Shown here: positions 46,901-58,200 of the stretch, in pieces
How the letters are laid out: every line of letters starts with the position of its first letter
Numbering within the stretch: position 1 is the stretch's first letter
Source of the DNA: Callorhinchus milii
Taxonomy: Eukaryota
Assembly (NCBI RefSeq): GCF_018977255.1
Contig: NW_024704742.1
Location: forward strand, 69,380,001-69,444,000
Length of the DNA stretch: 64,000 bases
Direction of reading: 5' to 3'
Made by a program: the position numbers and the translations under genes
The notes under the pieces: generated by a model
The model's database searches: none
What the model was told of the DNA's origin: nothing
The model's input: the letters and a program-made list of their open reading frames with translations, nothing else

Positions 46901-49900
46901 GAGAAACGTGCAACAGAATCAAAAAGCTGATAGTAACAATACTTGTATTTGATACAGCTTTGTATTATATTGTCAAGATCTCAAAGCGCTTTACTGTGAT
47001 TTGTATCTTGTGGGCAGATACAGCAGCCCGTATGCGCCCAGCAATATCCCACTTGGTGGCACTTTGTAATAATAATAATCCTTGAATTTGATATAGTACC
47101 TTATCACGTCTTTGAGACGTCTCAAAGCACCACACAGAATATACTGTAAAATATATAAAGTAAAGACTGTGTATTTTGTTGGCGAAACGCAGCAGCCATA
47201 TGCACACAGCAGTGTCCCACAAACAGTCGTGGATTGAGTGACCAATTGTTATTTTTTTAAGGAATTATTCAAGAGGAGCCAATTCCAAAGTTACCCACCT
47301 CTCCCCTCCCCCCCACGTCCCCCCCCATTTTCATCCATTGTCAGCATTGCCTCGACTGCCTATGGCAATGTGTTAAATGCCGAGTGACTAGGGTGAAGTG
47401 AGCTCGGTTAAATCACATTGAGACAAACCAGCAGCCTCAATAACCTGTGGATGGCCTCCACAACCTACTTCATTTTATCAACTTATTTTTCTTAGGAGAT
47501 AATACAGTGGAAGCTGCTTGAGCCGGACACACCATTTTGTCCAGCTTAAGAGGTGTCCAAGGTAACCAAAGTTCCCTCCCTCACCTCTACCCTCCCAGCA
47601 GAGTGGCCATGGCTCCTCCTCCCCTCCCACTTTGAGACATTTTGACATAACAGGCTCCTTCAAGTCCCACCTCAAAACCCTATCATCTTCCCCACTGACC
47701 CTAGCTCGGGTCTGAAATGCTGTACACTATTCCAGCGCTTTGGGACGTCCTCCCGACATGAAAGGCGCTATACATATGTAATCTTGTTGTTGTTGTATCA
47801 AATGCAAGGATTACCATTATTGTTAGATCCTGTCTCTTGCAATTGGTGCGGTGCCAGTAACATCAAAGTGTCTTGAAGATTGCTGTGCACAAATTGGCTG
47901 CCGCAGTGTCTGACCACCAATACAGAGACTGTCACTGTGCTTTGACTAGCGTACATTATAGGGTTAAAAATAATAGTGTGGCCTGCTCTCCAGAAATAGA
48001 GACCAAGACAGCTTGGTCATTTGTGGAGAGTTACTTTCAGGTGAATGATTAGCAATGAACAGCTCGGTGCATTGAACATGGTGAGTGTCACTCTCATCTA
48101 CAAATTCAGTCACTACACTCGTATATCTGCTGCATTTAATATAGCTATATATATATATAATAATAATCCTTGCATTTGATATAGCACTTTTCACGTCAGG
48201 AGGACGTCCCAAAGCGCTTCGCAGAACACACTGTAAAGTGAATTGACTGTATATGTGTGGGCGAATGCGGCAGCCAATTGCGCACAGCAATGTCCCACAA
48301 ACAGTCGTAGATTGAAAATGACCAATTTATTATTGTTTTTGGTTTTGGAGGGATTATTATTAGGCTCTGTGTGGAGTAAGGAAACTTGCCCAAGGTTTCG
48401 CCCTCTGCCTGGAATTGAACTCCGGTCTCTCACTTGCAAAGCGAGTGCTCTAACCACTGAGCTACAGGACTCCACAATATGGAGTCTGACTGAATACTCC
48501 ACTGACTTACTCCACACGCCTAATAATAATCCCTCCAAAAAAACAAAACAATAATAAATTGGTCATTTTCAATCCATGACTGTTTGTGGGACATTGCTGT
48601 GCGCAATTGGCTGCCGCGTTCGCCCACAAATATACAGTCAATTCACTTTACAGTGTGTTCTGTGAAGCGCTTTGGGACGTCCTCCCGACGTGAAAAGCGC
48701 TATATCAAATGCAAGGATTATTATTATTATTATATTATTATAATATGTTATATTGCCATCTGAGCCTTGAATCACTACACCCCACTCCTCTGGAACTCTC
48801 TTCTAAAACTTATTATTAACAAAAATTATTAGAAATTAATTTTAAATATATTATTAAATTACAAATTATTAGTCAATTTACTTTGCCTCTCTCCCTACCT
48901 CCAAAAACTCTTCTGAAAAAGTTTCTTCAACCTTGCCTCCGACCTCCTCTGAATTTCCCTCCCACTTCCCCACTCGCTGTGCATCACTCCAGCTGTCAAG
49001 CTCCTTGAGACATTTGTTCACATGATGAGCAATGTGACCGTAATGGGACTATAGAAATTTATAACAAGAAGGAAACCTTTTTGGCCCATTGCACTTGTGA
49101 CAGTTCTCTCGGAAGGAGCTCGCAGAGGTCAACCTTACGATTTCTCTGGGGACAGCCGGTTGCCTGACACATACCCAAAGCATTGCCATGTTTAGGAGTA
49201 TCTAAACCAGACAGAGTTCCACAATTTCCCTGTTTGTGAAAAGGAATGCGCACTCTCTCATCCCCTGAATAGACCCTGCTCACCTAATGCCACAGGTAAT
49301 CTTGCAGGTTGGCAAGAACCAAGGTTTAGGGCACCCAGGAATGTGTGTTTGTTTAACTACTGGACTTTAACTAACTGAAACCACATAGCTTATCAGTAAA
49401 AACACTATCTGTCAAGCTTCCTGCTGCTTGTCTAGCTAAGACCACCCTATCTGAAAGTGCTTTGGCTTGCAGGGATAACATAATCAAGGGTATGAAGAAT
49501 CCATGTCCCCAGTGACTGTTCTGCCCCTCCATGTCCTGCCGACAAGCCAGACTGCCTGGTCTGTCATCGGCAATGCCCTGCAGTCGCTCATAAGGTCATC
49601 CTTCTTCCAAGTGGCACCTGTCACTACTTACAGAGAAACCCATTCAGAGACGTCAACCCTCAACTAACATATTTATCCGTCTATAACAGCCATAGCTCTT
49701 TAGAAGTCAAATCCTTGACTGATGAAGACATGTGCCCAAACCTGTACATTTACATTTGTGCTTGCTGTGTGGGCAGCCAGTTACACACAGCAGTGTCCCA
49801 CAAAAAGCAATGAAGTGAGTTTGGGGGATTGTTGGCCAGTACTCCAAGAGAGAGAAACTCCCTTCCCTTTTCGAATACAGTAGTGCCATGGGATCTTTAA

Positions 49901-52900
49901 CATCTACCTGAACAGAACACTTAATCCCCACCTCAGGAGCATCCAGCCTCAGCTTTGCTGGACTACATCATGTTTCTTTCTGACAATAGACAAAGGAAGA
50001 CACTGCCACAAGTGTTAGTTGTCAGCCTGGCTCAGTTGGTAGCACTCTCTCCTCTGAGGCCAAAGATTGTGGATTCAAACTTCACGTTCGGAATTTGAAC
50101 TCAAATTCTAGGCTGACAATCTAATATAGCGCTCGGGGAAGCACTGCGATGGTGGAGGTGAGGCGTTAAACCAAGATCCCGTCCCCATGGCAACAATTCG
50201 AAAAAAGAAGGGAGTTTCGCCAACAATTGTCCCCCCCAAAAACATTGGTCACTCACTTCATGACTGTTCAAGGGAATTGCTGTGCGAAAATTAGCTGTTG
50301 CATTCACCTAGACCCAGTCACTGCACTTCACATCAAAATCCCACCAATGACATGATAACGTGCATTACAATAATAATAATCCTTGCATTTGATATAGCTC
50401 TTGGGTTCTTACTTACTGTTAAGTAAACAGTGCTGCATTGGAGTGTCAGCTTAGCCTGAGGTTAGTAAACCCAGTTGACCTTTATGTTTGGCCATTAACC
50501 AAAATAACACTGTTCATCTGTCCCTGCTCAGCTCAGAAAAAAGTTCACAAATTCCACTGTGTAACATTACTCTTCACTACTCACAGCATATGTTACACAA
50601 ATTTGGTGTATGTTGCACACATATTCATATAAGACCTATGTGCAAACATTCCTCCTTTATGGATCTGGTGTCCTGGGGATGCAGCGGACAGGTTTCCTCT
50701 AATCCATTTGCAGTCCCGGATCAAGCAGTGAGCTGGATTTGTGGCTGCAGGGAAGGAGGATTTTTGGCCTACACTGACCTGTCACTGAACACTCTGGAGA
50801 TGGATTTGGCTTCACAGACCCTCAAATGAGGACCTGAATTAAGTAGCTGGTGCTGAGTAAGGCACTGGCAAAGAGGAAGGTCTTGAGATGGGCCTTGAAG
50901 GAGGCAAGAGAGGTGAAGAGGACTGTAGAATGGAATTCCAAAGAGTAGACTGAAGGCCCGACTGTCGATGGTGGGGCAGGCAGGGCGGGGGACATGGAGC
51001 AGGTACTGTACTACAATGCAGATCCTGTGACACTATTTGAAAAGAGAAGAAAGTTTCTCATGATGAGTTACATTCAGTTGTGGTGACTGCTGTTTCTTAG
51101 CCAAAGGCATCACACTGATCAGCACCAGTGATGTCCCACAGACAACATTGCGATGAATGACCTTTGGAGAATTTTGATGGAGGAGGGGAGAGGGGAATTG
51201 GCCAGGACACCAGGAGAATTCCCTGCCCTAAATAGTATATAAATAGTGCAGAGGGATCTTTAACATCACCAGAGCAGAGCTTTTTGAATAGTGCAATAAC
51301 ATCCACCTGAATAGGCAGTCAGGAGCTCGGTTTAATATCTCATTCAAAGATCGCACCTCCGACAATACAACGCACCTTCTCCTTCCCCTTTCCCTCACCT
51401 AATCCCTTCACCCCCCCTCCCCCAACCACCACCACCGTAGTCTGTAGTGCACATCCCATGACCTATTCAAAGAGAGATGTAGATTCCTCTCCCGATGTCC
51501 TTACCAACATTTCCACCAGATGAAATGTGGGTAATTGACAGTTTGGTTCAGTTGGTAGCACTCTCATCTGTGAATCAGAAGGTCATGAGTTCAAGCCCCA
51601 TGGAGGGACCTTGTCTAGGTTGACACTCCAGTGCAGTGCTGGGATTAGGGGTACCTTGAGCTGTGCAACAGGGAGAATTTAGCAAGCACTGAGTGATGGG
51701 TGATCGGATGAGTTGCAGCTTGTGGATGGTAGAGCCAGGGAGACCAGCAAGGAAAATATTGGTGAAGTCTAAGCACAATGTGATGAAGGTGTGAACGAGC
51801 ATTTTAGCAGCATTGGGTAAGGGCCAGGACAGAGGCGGGCAATGTGATGGAGGTTAAAGGTGAGGGACCAGATGTGAAGAAGAATGAAAAACACTCCAGT
51901 GGTGCTCTGAGGTGTCAGTCTAGACTAGGAACTCAGGTACTAATGTGGAGCTTGAACTATGAGTGCTAAGCCAAGATTGCACACAGTATAGGAGATATAG
52001 AGATTAACTCCACATTGTACCACTGTTAAACCAGCTAACTCAGGGCAGTGACTTAATCCAAGAAACTCTAGTTTCTAACTCCCTCTACATCACCTCCTCC
52101 CCCACCGCCCACCCTTCAAGCCCTTTCTTTTCAACCATGTCTTTTGGTCACTTTTCTTCCCCTCCTTCCTCGACTCCTTCCACCCCCAGCTCGGTCTCCC
52201 AAGTGGTACTATGAAGCACTTTGAGACATCCTCCTGACTTGAAAGGCACTGCATAGATATAAATTATTGTTGTGGAACGTAAACAATCTTTTTTTTTGTG
52301 TGAGCTGGGTGTCTGACAACGCAAGGAAACCCATCACTGATGGTGGAGCGGAGGGGTGAGGGACAAGCAGGAGGCCAGAGACAGCTAAGCGGAGAGTAAG
52401 CGGGTCAGAAAGATAGGGAGGTGCCAGCACGTGAAGAGATTTGTAGCTGAGCGTGAGGATATTGAAGTCGATACTCCCTATCACAAAATGTGACATGAAG
52501 CAGGCAGGGCAAAGGGACTGGGTGGAGAAGTAGGACCAAGAGAAGTAATGGCAATAAGAGATGGGGCAAGAGCATGGTGATACTCAAAGATGTCCAATTT
52601 ATGGCTCAATCTGCATTACCATTGAGAAGGGTGTTAGGTGAATTCGCTCCAGCACACCAGGGCACCAATCGATGTGTTAAATGTAACAAGGTGACTGAAT
52701 TGAGCAGTATGTGTGAATTAGTACATAGTTGTTAACTAACACATCACCATATCGCAAAATTGACTCCAGACACGGGCCAGTGAACTAGACGTAAAATTTT
52801 CCAAAATGTAACGAATAAAAAAAGGTTTTCGAAAAAATTAAAGATTGAGTCTACATTTACACATCTGGATTGCCAAGGCTCATTGACAAGCCGATCAATA

Positions 52901-55066
52901 TCAACAATGCTTTTGATTGAATGCGAACCAGCCACTACCAGAAAGACTCCAGCAATAATACCTTGCATTTGTGTCGCTCTTTCACTCACCTTTCAACCCC
53001 TTCAAAAAAGATACTTTTTAAAACAAAAACAAATTGTATTTATACAATGCCCTTCACATAAGGTGGCAAATCAGAATGTATCACAATAATGGAATTGGAC
53101 CCTGAGCAAGGGAGAGGGGAAGGTCACCATAAGTTCAGTCAAAGAGGTTTTGTTTAGGCAGGATTTAAAGACAGAGAGGGGCAAGTCAGGTAGAGGTAAT
53201 AATAATAATCCTTGCATTTGATATAGCACCCATCACGTTGATGAGACGTCCGGAAGCTCTTCACAGAGTATATTGTAAAGTGGATTGTCTGAATTGTGTG
53301 GGTGAAATGCGGTGGCAAATTGCACACAGCAGTATCCCAAAAACAGTCCTAGATTGAGTGACCAAATTGTTTTGGGGGGGTTTGGAGATATTATTACCCC
53401 CAGAAAGTGATCCGCCAATTGACTAACAACTGTTCCTACTTAGTGCTGGGTAAACAGAGGCATGTGGAGTAAGGAAACTTGCCTAAGGTTTTGCTCCACC
53501 CAGGAATGGAATCTGGGTCCTCTTGCTTGCGAGGTGAGTGCACTAACCACTACACTACAAGGACTCCTTGGGTGGAGAATTCCACAGGTTAGGGGCATAT
53601 TAGCAAAAGGCTCGGCCACCGATGGTAATGCAGATTGAGCTACAACATCCACAATAACAAAAGCAGCAACCTCATGTTAGCATCATTTAACCCCATTAAG
53701 CAAATGGCTGATTGGACTCAATGATATTCAAACTGAGAAACTCTGGCCCCAAGTCCAGTGCACCACCAGCTGATGATAAAATTTCTGTGTATTATCATCT
53801 TCATTCAACTCATACAATGAATGTGATATCCACTTGCACTTAGCCATAAGAGCACAAAACCAAGTCTTAATGTCTCAAAAGGTTATGCAGAATTGTTTTG
53901 GCAAACCCTTAAATTCAGTCTTCATTTGGAAGTTGTCAGTTTATAAGAACTGTGAGAAAAACAAAGGCATCCAAATTAATTAAACAAACAAATTTAAGAA
54001 TATTACACAATTTCGATAACTTCAGGTCTCAGCTGAATCAGCAGTTGTTCTTGTCTCTTGAGTCAGAAGATTGTGGGTTTAAGCCCCACATCGAGACTTT
54101 AATTTATATACTCTAGGCTGACATTATATACTTTAATTTATATACTCTAGGCTGAGCAGAGGATTCCACCATCGGCGGCTGTGCCTTCAGCCACTACACC
54201 CCAAAACTTTGGAGCTCCCTCCCTCGACCCCTTCACGCCCCTCCTTCCCCATCTTCAGGTCGCACCTGAAGACCTTCCTTTTCGACCACTCCTACCGTCA
54301 CCTTCCCCCTTCCCCTGGCTTGGCCTTGGGCTCTACTATTGTTAAGCGCTCTGAGATGCCGCCCGGCGTGGATGGTGCTATATAAGTGCAAGTTGTTGTT
54401 GCTGAGGTATTATTCTTTGGATGAGATGCTAAACCGAGTTAAGGATACCGTGGTGCTATTCGATAAAGAGAGGAGAGTTTCTCCCTGTGTCCTGGCTGAC
54501 AACTCCACAGATAAAAGTAATCATTCACTTCATGGCTGTTTGTGGAACATGGCTGCACACAAAATTGGCTTCCGCATTCACCAACAAAATATGCAATGAC
54601 TACACTTCACATTAAAATCCTATAAGCGCTTTGAGACATCCTCCCAACGTGAAAGGTGCCAGGGTGAAACCTTAGGCAAGTTTCCTTACTCCACACGCCT
54701 CTGTTTACCTAGCAGTAAGTATGAATCCGGTTGTTAGTCGATTAGTGGATCACTTTCCAGCAATATCCCTTCAAAAAATTTTTTTTAAATAATAATAATT
54801 TGGTCACTCAATCCAGTGTCCAACTTCACAGTAAAATCCTTTAAGTGTTTTGAGACGTCCTGCCGACGTGAAAGGTGCCATGCCAAATACAAGAATTATT
54901 ATTAGTAATGGAGCAGAGAGCAGACTCACTTATCAAATACCACAGCAGCGTATGACGGTTCAGCAAAGATCACATCCCCAATGTACAGGTCTTTTGTCGC
55001 CTTGAGTGCTCTTCCCTTGCCTTCAGCATTGAAGACTTCTACTTTCTCCATGCTGCCGCCAGTCAT
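31745..55066 (-). CDS. SMYD1: SET and MYND domain lysine methyltransferase SMYD1; complement join(55066..54930,42243..42067,41921..41708,41105..40975,38582..38544,35369..35174,34289..34197,33296..33133,32573..32405,31906..31745), 493 aa
   Basis: Ten GT-AG exons (137,177,214,131,39,196,93,164,169,162 nt) give one open frame. It contains the S-sequence EGKGR, MYND CHSC...CGHC...[18 protein letters not shown], post-[14 protein letters not shown] and C-terminal [11 protein letters not shown]...[14 protein letters not shown], matching vertebrate SMYD1. Confidence 0.96.
32405..32573 (-). CDS. SMYD1: SMYD1 exon 9
   Basis: [25 protein letters not shown]...[13 protein letters not shown]. Confidence 0.96.
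33133..33296 (-). CDS. SMYD1: SMYD1 exon 8
   Basis: [19 protein letters not shown]...RMVEGY. Confidence 0.95.
33299..33716. repeat. Purine-rich low-complexity tract (pyrimidine-rich on the SMYD1 sense strand)
   Basis: GA-rich sequence abutting the exon 8 acceptor. Confidence 0.9.
34197..34289 (-). CDS. SMYD1: SMYD1 exon 7
   Basis: [37 protein letters not shown] donor. Confidence 0.92.
35174..35369 (-). CDS. SMYD1: SMYD1 exon 6
   Basis: [23 protein letters not shown]...[11 protein letters not shown]...EGKK. Confidence 0.95.
35755..37595 (-). mobile_element. L2 LINE fragment (RT) carrying an inverted L2 insert at about 36684-36860
   Basis: ORF 36720-37595 with [24 protein letters not shown]; (GTT)n tail at 35755. 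Confidence 0.9.
37838..38217 (+). mobile_element. tRNA-derived SINE (long form), full length
   Basis: Head, CTCTGTTTACCTAGCAGTAA insert, core, tail. Confidence 0.85.
38544..38582 (-). CDS. SMYD1: SMYD1 exon 5 (39-nt alternatively spliced insert)
   Basis: (N)[12 protein letters not shown](R), TCTTTCAG acceptor, GTGGGT donor. Confidence 0.93.
40975..41105 (-). CDS. SMYD1: SMYD1 exon 4
   Basis: [43 protein letters not shown]. Confidence 0.96.
41220..41592 (-). mobile_element. tRNA-derived SINE (long form) in SMYD1 intron 3
   Basis: Same family on - strand. Confidence 0.8.
41708..41921 (-). CDS. SMYD1: SMYD1 exon 3
   Basis: [14 protein letters not shown]...ISHIFGV. Confidence 0.95.
42067..42243 (-). 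CDS. SMYD1: SMYD1 exon 2 (MYND finger)
   Basis: [33 protein letters not shown]...PNENIR. Confidence 0.96.
45235..46480. mobile_element. Two L2 3' fragments joined back to back (45235-45560 on -, 45561-46480 on +)
   Basis: Both have GTT tails pointing outwards; inverted copy of 35755-36850. Confidence 0.88.
48157..48735. repeat. Inverted SINE pair (48157-48475 on -, 48506-48735 on +)
   Basis: About 225-bp near-identical arms, tails pointing outwards. Confidence 0.88.
54930..55066 (-). CDS. SMYD1: SMYD1 exon 1 (coding part)
   Basis: [26 protein letters not shown]...AVVFD, GTGAGT donor. Confidence 0.93.
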
Positions 55067-55173
55067 TGAGGGAACAGTTGAGAGCACAGCCACCGATGCT
55101 ATGACCTTGGGGGAACTAATCTCTGTTTGTGCCATCAGTTATCTTGGCACTTTGGGATGCCTGAAAACCAACT

Positions 55174-55246
55174 CTATATATGGTCTGCCTCATCCAGACT
55201 CCTCCACATTAAAAGGGGGGTGGGGAACAGAAGAACGACACATCTG
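55174..55246 (-). promoter_or_regulatory. SMYD1 proximal promoter: TATA/CArG-like box and E-box
   Basis: On - strand CCATATATAG (55183-55174; TATA, one mismatch from CArG) and E-box CATCTG 55241-55246 in a repeat-free block. Confidence 0.5.
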
Positions 55247-58200
55247 GCATCGACAATTGAATGCTAAGAATCTTATTTCACTGAAAATCGATAAGAAAAT
55301 TCATGGCTAAATCTATTTCAATGTAAAATGGCAACTCAACGCTTTCTCTTTCCCTTTTGCAGTATTCTCCACTTTTGCTTCCTCCCCTTTAGGAAAGTGG
55401 ACCAGCTCCACTGTGTATATTTTTGGACACCAGTTGCCCTGGTCTGTCAAAGCAAAACAGTTGGACAGCGGCACCCAACCTGCCCATGGACTGATTGGCT
55501 GGATTGTTAGACATTTACCACACAATGTAAGAGTGACTGATAAGCACTGATACGGTGATAAAATTGGCTTGATTCTGTCATGCCAATGCCACACACGTCA
55601 CCTTGTAGCCATCTCTGTCCCAACGAGACCCCCACTTTGACGCAGTTCTTAAAAGAAACTTCCAGGAGAATCGGCTACAAAATTAGAAATTAAATCTTTA
55701 ATATTTCAAAAAAATCATTTTATTTATTACATTGGGAAAACTTTACTTGTTGCACACGTTTGAAGCTTAACAATGGAAGACCTTTCCATCAGGGGATATA
55801 TGGAACTTCAATTGTTAGCACCTATAATGCTACAGCAATAGAGTCTATTTAATCCCAGATGGAATTTCTCCCAAGTTTCCTTACTCCACACACCTTTGTT
55901 TACCTAGCAATAAATAAGAACCCAGTTGTTAGTTGATTGGCGGATTACTTTTCTTGGGGTAATAATCCCTTCAAAAATAATAATGAAAAATAATAATTTG
56001 GTCACTCAATCCACCACTGTTTGTGGGACATTGTTATGCGCAATTGCCTGCTGCGTTTCACACACAAAATATACAGTCAATTTACTTTATATTCTGAGAA
56101 GTGCTATGTAAAGAGCAAGGATTACTATTATTATTACAAACTCCAATTTATCCAAAACTCTGCCACCCACATCCTCACACACCGAATCACCCAAGTGTTC
56201 GCCAGGCTCCACTGGCTCTCTGCAGATAAAAGTCCATGTCCTCACCTATCAATCCCTTCATGGTTTAGGGTCTTTGTAAAGCATTCCAAGACATTATCTG
56301 ATTTGAAAAATGCTTTGGTGTTGTGGTTATACAATATTCTCATTGTTTGCTTTCCTTTACCAACTGAACCAGTAGGAAGAGCGCATGGTTTTATTTGGTC
56401 AGCTGGGTATGTGACACATGGAAACGCCATCACCATGTGTCCAACAGACTGAGAGTTTCACATATCCATCATTAAGCTATAATTTTAGCTCCTACAATCC
56501 ATCCACACTTCTCAGGCATGATTACAATACAATTCAAATTTAGATTTATAAAACATCCTCCATACCGACCTGTTCGCTCCCTCCGCTCAGTGGACTCTGG
56601 CCTGCCCACCTCATTATCGGCAGCCTTTCTGTCCTCACCCTTTGGAACTCCATCCCACAATCCCTTCACCTCAAACCCTCCTTCAAGGCCTGTCTCAAGA
56701 CCCTGCTGCCTGCCCTCCACCCTTCCTGATTCCAACCCCCAGTTTGGGTGTACACCTTTGACTGTCCATTGACTTGGGACATCCTCCCGACATGAAGGGC
56801 ACTATAAAAATATAATTTGTTGTTGTTGTTCACAGTACTCCAAAGTAGTGCTCGTGACAGACTAGCCATCCTAGCTTGTCGGCAGAACTTAAGTAGTTTC
56901 GTCCAATGTTGGAAGAAACACATCGTATTTCAAAGACTGTAACTCAATCCTCCCGTTCTGAGGTTTCAGCTAGCCTCACTCACTGGGATGAACAAAGTTG
57001 ACTTAATTTTTAATCACTGATTCTCTCTTCCAGGAAATACCTCAACTATCCTTTAATACATCACCCGCCATCCATCCATCCATCCATCCAACACCACCAT
57101 CACCACCATTTTTTTTTGCAGTCAGCCAGATGCCTTACACCCATAGAACAATATAATTCACCTCAGAACCCCATCACATTGTTTAAAAATGTCCAAATAA
57201 ACTATAGGTAGTTCTGCATCTACGTTATCCCTTTGGAGTGCACACTCTCTTCCCGGAGAGATGAACCTTGTTCACTTAATTCTAGAAAGTTTGGGCGCAG
57301 ATTAACACGTGCCAAGGCTTGGGGACCCCAATGTACAAGTTGGGGGTACTGGATAAAACCACACAGTTGCCATTGCGTGCACTGGTTGATTGCTCCCATC
57401 CTGTGGAGCTCCATCTCCAAATCCCTCCATCCCTTCCACTACCTCTCTTCCTACAAGACCCATCTCAAGACATGTCTCTTTGACCGCATCTTCAGCCACA
57501 CACCCTACCCCTCCCCTCCTATCTCTACCCCTCTTGATTCCAACCTCCAGCTTGACTGCAAACCCTTAACTGTCCAGCGCTTTGGGATGTCCTTCCATCC
57601 TTCCATTTATACGTAAGGCGCCATATAAATGTTACTTGTTGTTCAGCTAGGACCACTCATTAGAGTTTTGACTTATAGAGTTAACAGGATCTGAGTGGAA
57701 ACAATCACTGACACCCCCACCACCGCCCAGGGACTCAGCTGTAGCGCCAAGTCTTGCCAATAAGCCAGGTTGTCATCAAGTCCCCAGCCTCTCTATCACT
57801 TAGTTCCTTGCCCCACGGAGGATTTCAGGGCCCACGACATGGTAACTTTAAACCACTAAATAATGGAATGCATTAAAGGTGCTCAAATAGAACAATCATT
57901 GCTTGAAGCAGGATGTTCACACATCATCTGCAGCTTCATAGAACTGGCTACTTCTCAACTGGATGCAGATTCACGCCTGCATTCAATTCAAATGCATGAT
58001 ATAGCCTGTGGGAAGCTTTTCTCACCATTAGTTTGGAGTTTAGAAGAAAAGCCCCCACACTTTGGGTATCTGCTGCCCCATTTACACTATCTCCCCCAGA
58101 GCCTGTGTGTGCGGCACCTGCATTATGAGGCGGTCCTCTCACCTCACAAGTCGAGTTCAATTCCCGGGGGGGGCAAACCTTAGGCAAGTTTCTTTATTCC

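Noticed and set aside
54096..54155. 26-bp tandem duplicate ACTTTAATTTATATACTCTAGGCTGA
   Set aside because: Small slippage duplication inside an old SINE with no sign of function.
55260..55860. MEF2 site in the SMYD1 promoter
   Set aside because: Expected from mammalian Smyd1, but I found no clean YTA(W)4TAR match by eye.
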